Shown: positions 13,050 through 27,204, counted from the first letter of the stretch. The stretch is DNA of 64,000 bases from Chiloscyllium plagiosum (GCF_004010195.1 NC_057737.1:11532290-11596289); one strand, 5' to 3'. Numbers and translations: made by a program. Notes: generated by a model from the letters alone, not told the origin.

Positions 13050-13630
13050 CCTTAAATAAAAACTGTATCCGCAACAAAACTACTCCTGCAAGTAACCTCT
13101 TATTTTTCCTATTGCTTATCTTTACCCAAATTGATTTGACGACTTGCTCTTTCAAGCTAAGGTAATCCCTCTCCATTACATAATGTCATGTTTAATTGAC
13201 AGAAGTACTCCAACACCTTTTTCAACTTCATGTCATTTCAATATGTCAGATATCCATCAATATTCAGGTTCCAGCCTTGGTCAACTTGCAGTAATGCCTC
13301 CGTAATGGTGATTGCTTCACACATATTTATTTCTATCTGTGCCAACAATGCATCCTTTTTTTTGCAATTGCTGCGTTCATTTTGATATAACCTTTGTCCT
13401 TTTTCTTTAACTATTTTTGCAATCTTTGGTTTTATGTGCTGGTGCACTTGTTTGCATGTTCTGCCTCTTCCTGGTTATCATTACCCAAATTATCAACTTG
13501 CTGCATTACTTTCTTGATTCCTTTTAATTCACATCATCCCTCACATGATTCCATCCCACTGCTTAGCTTAAACCCTTCTGTACTGCCCTAGTTAGACAAC
13601 TCACCAGAACCCAATGTCTTGAACATAAAC
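13050..13630 (-). mobile_element. Old CR1-like LINE endonuclease-region remnant
   Basis: LLAQIEINMCEAITITEALLQVDQGWNLNIDGY resembles the CR1 APE N-terminus (AITETWL). Confidence 0.55.
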
Positions 13631-14666
13631 CAATCTAAAATTTATGGAGTTTAATTGTGGCCTAAATGTTGCTTCTCAATGAAATTCCCTTCACTTTAAC
13701 CCATCACTGTTGTGTTGTTGGAGGGGGATGACTGACAAAATTGCCATTATTGCCACTGCATTGGGAAGGAGTAGGAAGCTATTCTGAGCTATGGCAGCTC
13801 ATTTCTCATTAATTGTCAGAGCAGCACTTCAAAATCTTGAGTTATTTGGCAGCCCTCTTGACCACAGTCAGTGACTTCGTGATGATCAAGGAACAGCAGT
13901 TGAAAAAATACAAATGATTGAATCAATATCAGTCATGCCATTTTGGATTTCGTAGATAAACTACTTGAGGTTTGCTTGTCATTTATTATGATGCACGAAT
14001 GCTTCAATAAGTCTGCATCAGAAAAAACATTGAAAGTAAATATTTAATCCTACAGACTGCAGAAAATGGCATTTCTGAAGATATTCTGTTTGCTTTAGGG
14101 ACTTTAGAATTGTTGGGATTGGCTGTACAATAGTTATGACAGTTATCTTCCTATTTGTATTGTATATCAATTACATGATTTAGCAGTATCCTACCATATA
14201 CCCTGAGAGCGTGAAACAAAAATGACCATTTCGAACTAGTTGAAACGAGTGCTATAAAGACGGCTGAGTTCATTTGCTTTCTCCGACAGAGATAAATCAT
14301 TTGAGTCACTCAGGCTGGCATTGGAAAAAACAGACAACAGTGTTGTTTGTAATCTGACAAACCACAAAGTCAGGAATATCAGATCTACTGGGTCTAAGGA
14401 ATTAAGGGTTATGGTGAGTGGGTGAGTAAGTGGAGCTGAGTCCATGAAAAGATCAGCCAGGATCTTATTGAATGAAGGAGCAGGCTCGAAGGGCCAGTTA
14501 GCCTACTCCTGTTCCTGCTTGTCATGTTCTTATATTCGTGCTTTGCTTTTCCCTGTCAAGAGTTTTTCTGCAGAGCAAACTTTACTGTTTCAAGCAGACT
14601 GCAGGTTTACTCCCTGGTGTCAACCACTGTTTGGATGGCTGTCAGCTTGGATTCACAAGATTTCCC

Positions 14667-14710
14667 ACATGTTGCCACACGAGACATGTTGCCACACGAG
14701 ACATGTTGCC
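14667..14710. repeat. 17-bp tandem repeat ACATGTTGCCACACGAG x2.6
   Basis: Direct reading; copies start at 14667, 14684 and 14701. Confidence 0.9.
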
Positions 14711-14952
14711 TTCACCCAATAATGAAACAGGATCAGACTTGCCCTATGTGAACTAGTCAGTCTGAAGTCAAGTCCTGTCCCTTCAAGGGTGTCTTGGAAA
14801 TTGAGTTGCTGTACTTTTGAAAAATTTCAAATAATTACCATCTGTACAATGTAACGTTTTATTTTGCATTTCAAGTGTTATGCCTGGGATAACCCACACA
14901 TAATGAAGTATGATCAACAATATAACATATTTTGTATTATTTTTATATGCAG

Positions 14953-15203
14953 GAAATTGTTCATGGATAAGGACACCCGCTATCATATACTCCACACATG
15001 TGACTACAACAGTTATTGCCATCCTCACACATATTTTGTTTAATGACTTCTCAAAATCGATGTATCCAGGACCAAAATCCACATCAGAACGTTTAACTCT
15101 CTCAGCTATTTACATCCCCTATTTATTAATCCCTGTTTTGATCCTAATATCTATGCTTTTCAACAAAAGATACAATCCTGATGAGGAAAAGAAGAGACAG
15201 TAA
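14953..15203 (+). CDS. TMEM97: TMEM97 coding exon 3 (to stop)
   Basis: TTTTTTATATGCAG acceptor. (G)NCSWIRTPAIIYSTHVTTT...ERLTLSAIYIPYLLIP...EEKKRQ*, with a basic C-terminal ER-retrieval-like tail. Total CDS 516 nt, in frame. Confidence 0.95.
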
Positions 15204-15285
15204 CTGCTACCACTTGAGAATGATTTCCCATTTATTTCAGTGCTTGATTTGAAATTACTGTCTCGTAATTTGATGACATTGCTCC

Positions 15286-15291
15286 AATAAA
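15286..15291 (+). terminator. Candidate TMEM97 poly(A) signal
   Basis: AATAAA about 80 nt after the stop codon. Confidence 0.55.
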
Positions 15292-15699
15292 ATTGTAAAT
15301 TTGAATTAAATCAGATGTGTGCGAAGATTTGTCAGAGATGGGTTGCTGTTTGTTTAGTAGGAGTATTTTCACTTAAAATTGACAGGATTCCAAAGTTCAA
15401 GCATTTTTCTTTGAATCATTAATGAGCGTGTCATGGAGATTCAGGAAGTCACCAAAGTCAAATCCACATTCCTATCTATTAATATGTATCTTGGGTGGCT
15501 GATACTAATACATGTTGGTATTCTGATTTACCAATCAGGATAAGACCAACCTGTCCCAATTGCCTAGGCCAATAAATTCAAATAGAGCTTTTAGGCACAC
15601 TATGTCACAATGAATTTTGACAGGCAGATTTCCAACACAGAGAAATTGCTTGTGGTCCTAGGACTATGGGTTGGACTCTGATTTAACTCTCTTGATTTT

Positions 15700-15998
15700 G
15701 GGCGGCACGGTGGCACATTGGTTAGCACTCCTGCCTCACAGCGCCCGAGACCCAGGTTCAATTCCCGCCTCAGGCGACTGACTGTGTGGGGTTTGCATGT
15801 TCTCCCAGTGTCTGCGTGGGTTTCCTCCGGGTGCTCCGGTTTCCTCCCACAGTCCAAAGGCGTGCAGGTCAGGTGAATTGGCCATGCTAAATTGCCCGTA
15901 GTGTTAGGTAAGGGGTAACTGTAGGGGTATGGGTGGGTTGCGCTTCAGTGGGTCGGTGTAGGCCGAAGGGCCTGTTTCCACACTTATGTAATCTAATC
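15700..15998 (+). mobile_element. tRNA-derived V-SINE (HE1-like)
   Basis: Near-identical to 7995-8309; TAATC-type tail. Confidence 0.9.
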
Positions 15999-16929
15999 AA
16001 TTTTGGAAATCCACCTTCAACTTCTGCCCTTAAATTATCCTATTTTCCTGCCCTCAACCAATCAGCTTTGCAACTTTCTGTTTAGAGAAATGATTTCGGC
16101 CCTGAGTTTTTTGTTCATTACTTTGACTATTCATCACTGATGTTTCAATTGTTTTGTATAGATTTTGTTTCACAATCAGGAGCAGAATTAATTTTTTTAA
16201 ATGCTTATTAACAACATGTTTTACATTCAGAAAGTCTTTTTACCTGGCCAGTGGGAAGATAAACAATTATTGGGCTGGATATTGTGTGCTCATAGGGGTG
16301 TACTTTTGGCTTTGGGGCACAAAGTAGGTTGGGTGCTAGCCCATCAAAATCTGGCTCATCCCTATTACACAAAAGGTGTGCAAGTGCATAATTTATATGT
16401 AAGGAAGGGTTAATTGAGTTTCAAAGCTCAAATGAACCCAGTACTACCCTGCCTATGCTAAAAAACAGTTGACACGAGCATAGAGCTTTACAGCATGAAA
16501 AGAGGCCCTTCGGCCAGTTATCTCCACACCAATCATCAAGTATCTATTTACTCCAATCCTATTTTCCAGCATTTGGCCATAGCCTTGTTTGCTATGACAT
16601 TTCTAATCTTCACCTGTTCATCTAAATACCTAATATAGCTTAAATACTTATGAGAAGTACATTGCTTGTCACAGGCCACTCGGGTGTTTCCTTTCTTCCT
16701 GGTGGTAGAAATTGAATAAAGATTTGTACAGTTGTCTTTCACTGTGTCTCACACCTATGCACACACGCAACATGGGTGCTGGGGGAATATAAACACTACC
16801 ATAGTTAGGTGGTAGTGTGGGGGTTAAAAAAAGAAAAATTATATAACCAGGAGATATAGAGTCTCCTCAGTTTAGGGTACGGACTCTGTGCTAAAAGAAA
16901 GAAAAAATACTTCGATATATGCAGAAGCA

Positions 16930-18850
16930 GAGATGAGGTGCCACAGTAAGAGATTAGGGAGTAAAGTCACAGATTGAAAAGCAGGACCTCAAGGTTGTAA
17001 TCTCTGGATTATTCCCAGTGCCACATACTAGTCAGTATAGGAATAGGTAGATAGAGTAGGTGAATGCACAGTTGAAAAGTTGGTTCAGGAGAGAGATTTT
17101 TAGATTCCAAGATCACTGGTCCATTTCTGGAGAAGGTTGAAAACCTGTGCAAGTCAGACAGGAGCCACCTGAACCAGAATGGGAACAACATCTCTGCAGC
17201 TGGGCTCTCTAGTACTACTGTTGGGGTTTAATTTGGCAGGGGTGGGTTAGGATGCAGAGTAAAAGTACAGTAAGGGGGTGATCCTCAAGACAGGTGTAGG
17301 GGAACCAGTTAGTTTGGAAGACCAAGCATATATAGTCAAGGCACAATGGGGCATGACAAAGCTAGATGTCACTTATTTAAATGCAGGTAATCTTGCAACA
17401 AGAGAGGAGTTAAGGGTGCTGATTACTACATGGGAAAACAAAATCCATGTCTTAATTATTTCTGAGTATAGTCTCTTCAAGTCTGTCTGGTAGCAGGACA
17501 GGGAGGGATGAGGTTGTCAAAGTATTGCTCAAGGAGTCAATTGCTACAATAGAGATGGATGATAATTAGTGGCTTCCTCAAATTATGCCATTTGGGTAGA
17601 ACATAAAAACAAACAAATCATATTTCTGCAAGTGTATAAACCAATAGTCAGTAAAACAGATAGCAAGATAAATCTGTAGGCAAACTTCAAGTATGCATGC
17701 CCATAGATCCAAAGGTGGCATATGGGATACATTTATTAGTCAAGGCATTGAATTTAACAGCCAGGAGGGCTCTTGTGGTTCAGTGATAGATCAGAGGTAG
17801 GGACACTATCTCTGAACAAGCTGATTATTTAAAAAAGCAAGATGGTTATAATGGAACTGTATACAGGTATTTAATTTATTGTAGTCATATGTATCTAAGT
17901 ACAGTAAAAGGTTTTAGCAAGCAGTACAGGCGGATCATAGTGTGCTGAGACAGAGTGAGGGATACAAGGTTGTGACTGCACAGGAGGTTCTCAAAGTCAG
18001 ATCAACATTATTTGAAGTTAGACACATACATGCAGCAGTCTAATAACAGCAGGAAAGAAATTGTTCTTGAACCTGTTGGTACATGTGTTCAACCTTCAGT
18101 ATCTTCTACCTAACAGAAGAGGTGGAAGAGAACATTACTGGGTTAAGAGGGGCCTTTGAAGATGGGAGCCATTCTGCAGCAACGAGAAATGTAAATGGAT
18201 TCCAAGGAATGGAGGTTGGCTTGCGTGATAGTCTGGCCCGTGCACACAATATCCTGTAGTTTTTGGGTAGAGCAGATACCATACCAGGTCATGATACAAC
18301 CAGATAGAATACTTGTTATGATGCATCTTCCAGACATGCTGAATTTCCTAAGCCACCTGAAGAGGAGTTGTTGTACTTTCTTGACCATCGCATCTACGTG
18401 GGAGTCCAGGACAGATAGTCAATTATCGTCACTCAGAGGAACTTGATGCTCTTGACACTCACATCCTCAGCTCGGTTGATATAGATAAGGATGTGTACTC
18501 CTCCTATGTAATGTTAGTTAGGCCACAGCTGGAGTAATGTGTTCAGTTTTGATCACCACATTATAGGATTCGTGTAACTGCACTAGAGATTCACGAGCGT
18601 GTTGTCAGAGCTGAAGCGAATCAACTGTGAAGAGACGAGATCAGTTTGGGTTGTTTTCCTTAAAGCAGAGATCTGATTAAAGTGTATGAAGTTCTGAGGG
18701 GCAGAGACAGGGTAGGTAGGGAGAAGCTTTTCCCTTGGTAGAGGGGTCAATAATCAGGGGGCACAGTTCAATAGTAAGGAAGAGGTTTAAAGGGGATTAG
18801 AGTATTTGTTTTCACCCAGAATGTGCCAGATAGCTGGAAGTCTGCATCTT
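16930..18850 (+). mobile_element. Highly decayed CR1-like LINE, interrupted by a Rex1-like piece
   Basis: Residual CR1 blocks such as GTTAGGCCACAGCTGGAGTA..GTGTTCAGTTTTGATCACCACATTATAGG at ~18515. Confidence 0.5.
17870..18505 (-). mobile_element. Rex1/Babar-like LINE 3' fragment
   Basis: MVKKVQQLLFRWLRKFSMS...SILSGCIMTWYG resembles the Rex1 ORF C-terminus; similar to 33850-34400. Confidence 0.7.
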
Positions 18851-20626
18851 TACCATAATTTCAAGCAATTTTAAAAATAGTTTAAAACAATAGGAAGGTG
18901 GGTACTCTATTTAAAAAAAGAGCACTATGCACAGAGACGAGCCCTAAATTCTTTAGAGTTCAGAATAATGATGAGCAAAATCATAGTGACTTACAGTTAT
19001 TAAAAGGATAGACAACAGACAGAAAGATTGTCCTGGGTCTAGAACTGGATGTAAGGAGAACAATCTCAAAATAAAAAAAACAAGCCACTTAGGACCGAGA
19101 TGAGGAGGAAACTCTTCATTGAGTAGTGAACCGTTGTAATTTTCTATCCCAAAGGACCTTGAAAATTCACTCATTAAATAAGTTGAAGACCGAGAATGAT
19201 AGATTTCTGTTACCACTGACCTCAAGGAACAGTATGGGAAACTGACATTGAGGTAGACAACCAGCCATTATTTGGAGCAGACTCAAAGGGGCTAAATAGC
19301 ACACTCCTGCATCTCTGTTCTTCCCACAAGTAGGCACACTCTCCCTGCCTATAACCATCCAACTTACCTTGCACTGGGATTCCTGGTTGCTCTCTTTATG
19401 GGTCTGCCCGAGGTCACAGTAATGCCTACTACTGAACTCTGGCACTACCTGCCAATCAGATCAGCTTGGGTGAAGCTTTTATTCTATTCAGTAAAATATT
19501 GATGTTTTATTGCAGTCACAACAGGTTCAACTCATGACAACATTCATTGACAAAAAAAAGTATTGACAGAGGTAAATGCGTATTACTATAAAGGAAAACA
19601 ACAAATAGAAAACAATTGTATGAAGAAAAGTCAAAGATGTTAATGCTATTTTCAACAAAGTTAGGACAAGAAAACCTTTTATTTGTTTTTAGGATATGGG
19701 TGATACAGTGTTTCTCAATTGTATTGTATTAATTGTCTATAACTAATTACCTTGAAACACTGCAATCCTTATGGTGTTGGTACTGACAGAGTTGTATTCA
19801 GCTGGACATTCTGCAACTTTAATTAAACAAACAGCAAAGGGCAATGGTACATATTCAACTCAGGACACGGTGCACCCTGGAGTGGACATTGCAAGAGTTT
19901 TTGTTTCCATGATATGCTACTCACGCTTCTACCAGAGAAATATTGTTAAAGTAAGAGCTATAAAATGGACCACTACTTGGCCCATTGACGCATTCAGAAG
20001 AATTTTTTCCCAAATTCCAGAGTCTGACCAGAGGGGTCAGATTAAGACAAAAAACTACAGTTGATTGGGTCCTGGAATACTGTGTTGGCTGAATATTCTT
20101 TCATAACAGTATGATACTCAAGTGCTCTTTGCTTAATTTAAAAATGTGAACACAAAAAAACCCATTAAAATAGTTTCTACAGCTGTATGTAAAGGCACTG
20201 TGTATAATACAAATTGAGAAACACTGAAAAATAGATATTTTGGCATTCTTTAAGCACAATTACTATTGCAGTATATAATCAAAGCTAAGTGAAATTCTGT
20301 TGGAAAACTCTGGATGAGGAAGGCATTTAGTTTGAGACAACAATATATATTATTGGACCAACTGAAATGCTTACTAATTGTGTATTCACCACTAGGTTAA
20401 AAGTGAATCTGTCATCCTCGATAAAGGAGCATTGGCTATATTAAATATGCATTAGTGTGACAGATAGTAAGTGAATTTCCACAAGATTGCTGTGAAATAG
20501 TTATCCTAACAATTTACTTCAGGAAGGGTGATTGAATTTTCATTCACACTAGTATCATGATCCTCAAACCTACATGTTTGTGGCTATTCCCGAGAGGAAT
20601 TGATCAGATTTATTTTTTTTAAATAA

Positions 20627-21000
20627 GTGTTGGGATGTCATGTTGAGATGTACTGGACATTGGTGAAAAGTCTTCTGGAATACTGTGTGCAGTTCTGGTC
20701 TTCCTGCTATAGGAAGGTTATTATTGAATTGGAGAGGGTTAGAAAAGATTTACAAAGATATTGCTGGGAGTGGAATGTCTTCAGTTATAAAAATAGGCTG
20801 GATGGTGAGTGTGGTTAGTGTGTGGAATGAACTGCTAGAGGAAGTGATGAATGCAGGCACAGTTACAACATTTAAAAGACATTTAGATAAGTACATGAAT
20901 AGGAAATGTTTGGAGGGAGATGGGCTAAATGCAGTCAAGCTGTACTCATTTAGTTTGGGAACATGGTCGGTGTGGACTAATTGGACCATGCTGTATGCCT
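20627..21000 (+). mobile_element. CR1-like LINE 3' fragment (internally deleted)
   Basis: LLEYCVQFWS and VWNELLEEVMNAGTVTTFKRHLD motifs. Confidence 0.85.
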
Positions 21001-21534
21001 CTAAGTGGAATATTTCCAAGAATTTTCTACACTGAAACAGATCCAGCACCTGATGTGAACTAATTTTGAAACAGATGTAGTTGAGTAATAATAAAAGGGA
21101 AAGACATGCAGATTGGCTTTGCACTATGCCAAATCTGTTTCTTTCATATCACAAGAATGCTAACAATGAGGAAAGCATGCATATGCTTCACATATATGTG
21201 AAATTACTCTAAAATAATCTCTCCCACTTCATGGATAAGGCCATAAAACATCTATAGTGTTGAGGATAGAGAGGGAGAATGTAGTTCAAAGTAAGCCAGC
21301 AACATTGAAACTACATTAATTCCTTTAAATAAGAGGTTGACAGGTCAGTCAAACCCAATTACAGCCCAATGTCAAATATGGATATTTCCTGATGGGGGTT
21401 GCATATTAAACCCTTACTCCGGCTAGTTTTGCTGAAAGTTTGTTTTCAGCATCCATTGTATCAGAGGCAACTATGTAGTGCACAGTATCACCCAAAAGGG
21501 CTGCGAGAGGTAAGACTCAGCTTCAACAATCAGT

Positions 21535-21540
21535 TTTATT
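21535..21540 (-). terminator. Candidate IFT20 poly(A) signal
   Basis: TTTATT on + (AATAAA on -), about 400 nt past the IFT20 stop. Confidence 0.5.
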
Positions 21541-21934
21541 AATTCTGACAAAAGACTACTCAAATGAAAACTTTATAGACCATGGTCTCACAAGTTGAAG
21601 GAGCTATTTATGTATGATAACAAATATATATATATATAATAATCTGAGCTAACAAAATATTTACATGTGAATTAGTGTTTTGATGCTTATGGAAATGTCA
21701 TCCTAAAAATGTAGTTATTAAAATTGTGCATTCAAAATTGTTTATGTAGTTGGAATAAACCACATATAAATCTGCATTATAGAAATAACTGCTTGATATA
21801 TATTCAATAAATATGAAAAGGCAATGCAAGATTACACATTGTGTAAAATCACTGTTTTGAAGGAATGTCATAATGGAATAGTCACTGCAACATTACAGTT
21901 AAAACGCTTCTTGTTAGGGTGTCTTGTTCCCACT

Positions 21935-22016
21935 TCATTTCTGAAGAATGAACTGATCAATGAACTCATTTTGTTCAGCTTCTACTTTTGACAGTGCATC
22001 ATATTCTATCCGGTAC
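21935..22016 (-). CDS. IFT20: IFT20 coding exon 4 (to stop)
   Basis: TTGCAG acceptor. (R)[29 protein letters not shown]. Not in the ORF track. Confidence 0.95.
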
Positions 22017-23356
22017 CTGCAAAGAAAATGATCCCATAACATACTGTAGGCAAAAAGAATTTATTGTAGCATTTATGCAAGTGATTCTATATTTATTAGT
22101 CCAGTCTAACAGCTGCAACTTTATGCATTTCTGTAAGTTGAGCTCTATTATGGAGGACTAGAGTGCTGTGTGTATCATTGCCAGTGATAACAGTAGTAAA
22201 TTGAGAGAAAAAAAAAACTCAAATTCAGTTCAGAACTTTATCTTTACATGTATCTAAGTTTTTATGGTTGTTGAAGAATATGAATGATAAAAATGAGCAA
22301 GAACCTTTTGCAAAAAGTTAAGAGGTTGTGGAGCTGGATGTAAATAGTTAGTTCTTCTTTGGCTTTAAATGGTTTAGTCCGGTTAAATAATCTTCACCAT
22401 ACAGACATAACTTGTGGGATATTATCACCCATTCCTCCACAATAAAAAATAATTCTTATTTTTACGTCCATACCCCACCCCTCCTCTCCCTATTTCCAAA
22501 CTCCTCCATCCCTGCAACCTCCAAAGACTTTGATGCTATAACTCTGGCCTGTTGTACAGCCTCACTTCTTTCACAGCCCCATTAACGGTCATGCATCTAG
22601 GATCTAAACTCTGCAATTCGTGCCAAGACTGCTTTAGCTCCACACGACCTTAAAACCAATCTGTTCTATTAAGTGTTTGGTCAGTAATCCTCCTGTTTAC
22701 TTACCTCAGTTGCAATTTTTGTGTTTACTCTCCTGTGAAGACCTCAAAATGGCTCACTGTTGAGGATCCATTTATAATCACCTCGTTGGCTATCTTCAAA
22801 GTGAGAATTTAAAATCTCTATTTACTTTATTCTAAAGTAGACATGCCAAGAAAAGTGACTCAGCTTGCTGTAATTTCTCACAGCTTTTTCAGAATGAAGG
22901 AAGCAAAAGAATTTAAGTTTTTAGAAGTCATAATCTAATATTTTGCCAGCACTTCAGAGCAATGTGTTGGCCAGTAACTGAGAAATTGTTATCCCCTTGG
23001 TCAGGGAATAGTGCACCAATTTTGAAATAAAGAGGATTTTGATTTTAAAAACATAATATGGCTAGCCACTTATCTTGCATTCTTCCAATCCTTGATCTGG
23101 TAGGTATACAGAAGTACCTGATACAGACTCAGCTTTTTAGACCAAGTTCCACACTGTTTGCATGTGGCTTAAGACAACGAACATTTCAATCTCTTTAGTT
23201 AACAATAGTGGTACAAAATATAAAATAAGAATGCATGATGGACATTTTAACAGCAAAACTATAGCTGCAAAAAAATGGCTGTATTTAACAGTACCATTAC
23301 AGCTTTTAATGCAATTCTCTTTTAGTATTAGTAAAAGATACAAGACTCTGACAAAC

Positions 23357-23460
23357 CTTTCAAGCTGCATTTTCTTTTCAGCTATTAAAGCTTGGAGCTG
23401 CTGCTGTTGAGCTTCTCTTTGCTTAGCAACTGATTTCAGAAGATTTCGAGCACCTATGGC
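23357..23460 (-). CDS. IFT20: IFT20 coding exon 3
   Basis: CTACAG acceptor. [34 protein letters not shown]+AG. Donor GTTTGT; 104 nt. Confidence 0.95.
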
Positions 23461-23972
23461 CTGTAGATGAGAGGAGAATTAATCAAAAACCCTATGAGAT
23501 CTTTAACAATGCTCTGAATCAGTTATTTCTCTTACTCTATTAGATTCTCCAAAATGGAGATCATTCTTATTCCACACTACATAGCACAGAAGTATAGTGT
23601 GCAAACAAGTGGAGCCATTCCATTACGTTATTTAGAGAATTATGTACCATAAACAATAAAGGTGGATACTTCTTTTCCTAGCCCCATTACATTTGCCCCA
23701 TATTACAAAGCAATTTAACTTATAATCAACCTTCATGGGTAATTATTGCAATTAATGTTATCTTAGAAACACCAGCTGGAATACGTTCCATCAAGTTACA
23801 CTTAAGGAATGCATAATAACCAGACCTGTACGTTCCTAATAGGGATAAAATTACCAGACATCATTATTCCAGCTGATTGTTCAAAGTTTCATAAAATTTA
23901 AATATCAGTTTGAATTCATGTTGAAAAGTTGATATGTATACAATTTCAAAACTACATCTAGAGGAACATTAC

Positions 23973-24058
23973 CTTCATCTTTTCATTTTCTGCTTCTTTA
24001 GCAAGTTGATCGACTATCTCAATTAAACCACCAACAATTTTTTGGAACTGGCCTATTT
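23973..24058 (-). CDS. IFT20: IFT20 coding exon 2
   Basis: Poly-T CAG acceptor. (K)[28 protein letters not shown]. Donor GTAATG; 86 nt. Confidence 0.95.
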
Positions 24059-26484
24059 CTGAAAAAAAAATGATTTAAAAGTTATTGCCAAATTTCACAT
24101 AAGAACTATACGACATAATTGCCTTTCACATGTCCGTACATGAATTGTTCTTCAGCTGCTGGTGAGAATTCAATTTTTGTTGTTGTCTAAAAGTGCATCC
24201 AACCTCCAGAACACACCCACTACCAAAGTCTTAAGCCATTGCTCTCAAGAATCCGACCCTCTGTACTGCCTTCATTGTTCCTTTAACACTGTTTTGGCCT
24301 AACCTTACTGTTTAAATCTCTAGATGTTATGCTGCATTTGCAATACATGACAACAAAGCTTTAAACACTGGCTTCATTAATTCTTGTTTAGGTAAAAGCA
24401 AAACTATCAATAATCCATAATCCGGTGGAAAACAACAATCTCTTGCATTCACACAATGAAATGAAAGCACTGCCGGACAAATTTTGTCATTTTGTCAAAC
24501 CTAGCAATATTAGTCTTGCACAAAACTCTAACATAATGATATTGAATTTTCCATGTATTTTCTAAAACAGAATTCCAAAATTAGAGTTTCTTACCTGAAA
24601 CTATTCTACATATTTAAATAAGTTTAATTGTTTAATGCTTCTCAACAATTAATACCTTGAATTCCTGATGATCTAAAGCAAGAAATGAATGACAATCCGT
24701 GAACAGCATAGCATCTGGAAAATCCTGAATTCTACTTGGGAGGTTTTGGTATGCTTGTTTATGTTCATAAATTCTCATAACTGATTTTAGAATGCATTTG
24801 TTATTACACATTGTTGAGAAATGAAGTGAGGCACACAGAGATATTTATCTTGGGTTGAAATTATCATTTGCCAATGAGTGAAAAGGTTTTCATTTTACCT
24901 GTCTAGACAATCTTTCAATTTAGCCAAAATAATCAAACCACATCCTTCCTGTATTTCACTCCCATCACAGATGGAAAACATGAAGAGGATGTGGTTCGAC
25001 AGTCAATCTGCCACTGATCTCCATATTAACATTAAGTAGAAAACTTAATTTGGGTTACCAATTCACAATGTATTTTCCTTAAAGAAGAGCACTATTTAAA
25101 TGTAGAAGATAGTTTAACGCAGCAAAAATAGAACGTTTTATAGAAGAACATTCTCGACACTAAACTTACGCCGCTGGTCTATATTTAAACCTTCTGTTGC
25201 TCATGTTATTAATCGTTTAATTAAATACATTGTGCATACAGTAAGCTTTCCTGTGATTGTATTGTAAATCACAATCAATTCAGATTGACAAACTCCCCAA
25301 CATTTTGTCTCTTTTGCTAATTAATCCAATTGTTACTTGTAGTTAGCATTTTTTGAGATCTGGTATCTGTTCCTCATTAGTACAGTATCTGTTCTCGTTA
25401 TTTTTAAATCATCCATTAATATTTTAGACGTTGCAAGAAACTGCCAAATTCCAAACCAAGCCCACTTCTACTTATTTTACATGGACGGCAAAATCTTGGA
25501 CTAAGTTTTGTTTGTTTCAAACAAAACTTCAAATTAGATTACCCCCAGTTGGGCGCTGTAACAAAAAGCAACCAAACAGTGAACAAAACCTTGTAAAAAA
25601 AGTGAACAGAAACTTATTAAACTAAATTACTATCAGGGATGATAATGCACCCTATTACCAACAGGTATCTAAAGGCCAGTGGACACTGCATGCTCCCTCT
25701 CAATAGACACCAGAGTGTGAACGTAACTGTGAAAGACGGACAGACAGACAGTCAGGCACTATAACCCCTCCACGAGAAAGTTGGTAACCTTACATCTGCT
25801 AAGGAGATGCGACCACGGAGGGGGGGAACATCTGTTCAGAAGAATTGGGACATCAGTTCTTAGTGTCAATGGATCAGTGTAAATAAGGTGATAACATTTG
25901 TTCACTTGTGGAATGTGTGGCAGTACCTCCTTTTCATGCCAGAGGCTGGAGGCACGCATATTTCACAGTTGGATGTGTTAGTTTATATCAAAGACTCTTA
26001 ACAAAACTCATGCTCAATAGGAAAATAACTTGTAATTTAATAAGCTGAGTGGAATATGTATGCAATAGAACAATCCTAATATATTTTCATGTATACCACA
26101 TTGAGCAGATTTGAGTTTATGAAGCTCAGCTCCCTCATCTTTACTGGTCTGGGAAGTGAATGTCTCATTACCCTTACAGGGTAGGAAAACACTAAGGCTA
26201 AAAGTTGGAAGATGTTCATTTGTGAGTGAGAGACACAGAAAACATTCTTCTGTAAATTACATTCACTGATTTAAGGGTTCAAGGGACACAGAGAGAGGGA
26301 GAGACAGACAGACAGGACGGAACCTGGTGGAAAGTTTAACTCTTTATGGTCTGATTTGAGTGTGCACTGGCTTGTCATGGATGGATTCTTTGTATGTTGT
26401 TCTCTGGAGCTCAAGATCTGGGAAGGTTATGAATTTAATTTGCATTCTGGGAATCTAAGATGATTTTAAAAGAAAAAGCCATTT

Positions 26485-27204
26485 TGTAGGACAATGATAT
26501 TGGGCATGTTAGCTGAGCAAGGTTACCTCATGACCTTCCCACATAGTTTAGACTAGTCCCTCATTATGATGTACTATTAAAAGGGAAGATTATCTAGCCA
26601 ATGAAATTGGCTATTTGGCCTGGGTTGATCAGGGTTCCCACTTTGATGTACATGTAGCTTAATTGGTCAAGCGGACACAGACCTGCCTACGAGCTTCACT
26701 TCCTCTGCAAACTTTTGCCTTTTTATTGCTGCTAATCTGATTAAGGACATGTAGCATTTTTGTAATTTTAATGTGGATTTCTGTACAAAGATAGCTTGTT
26801 TGCAGCAATAAGGGGAGTAGCCTGAGAGCGCTCTTAGGGGCAAGAGCTGGTTTTAGAACATTAGCTCAAGCCTGGCTTGTAGGTATCTATGTTATAATGT
26901 AAAATTGATGCCATTGGTAAATAAAGGTAATACTTTAAACCAAATTGTCTGTAAGAGTTTTATATTCCAGACGACCAGAGCACGATCTCCGGGATGAACC
27001 AAGAGAGGCTACAGGTCGAGTCCATCAAGGATTCCCTGAGCCACCTCAAATAGGTACTTTAACACACAGGCCTCTGCCTGGGACTATGAAAAACCCAGGA
27101 GCTGATCCACAAGGAGTTCCTCTGTCCTGCCTGACCCTCCCTGCACAGTCTACCCATTCATTAGGAACGTGGGGCTAAAGTACAATCTAGTAGCAACCCC
27201 TACA
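26485..27204 (+). mobile_element. Candidate LTR (~720 bp)
   Basis: Terminal inverted TGTAGG...CCTACA, purine run just upstream, internal CCAAT, TATAAT and AATAAA. No matching TSD. Confidence 0.35.
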
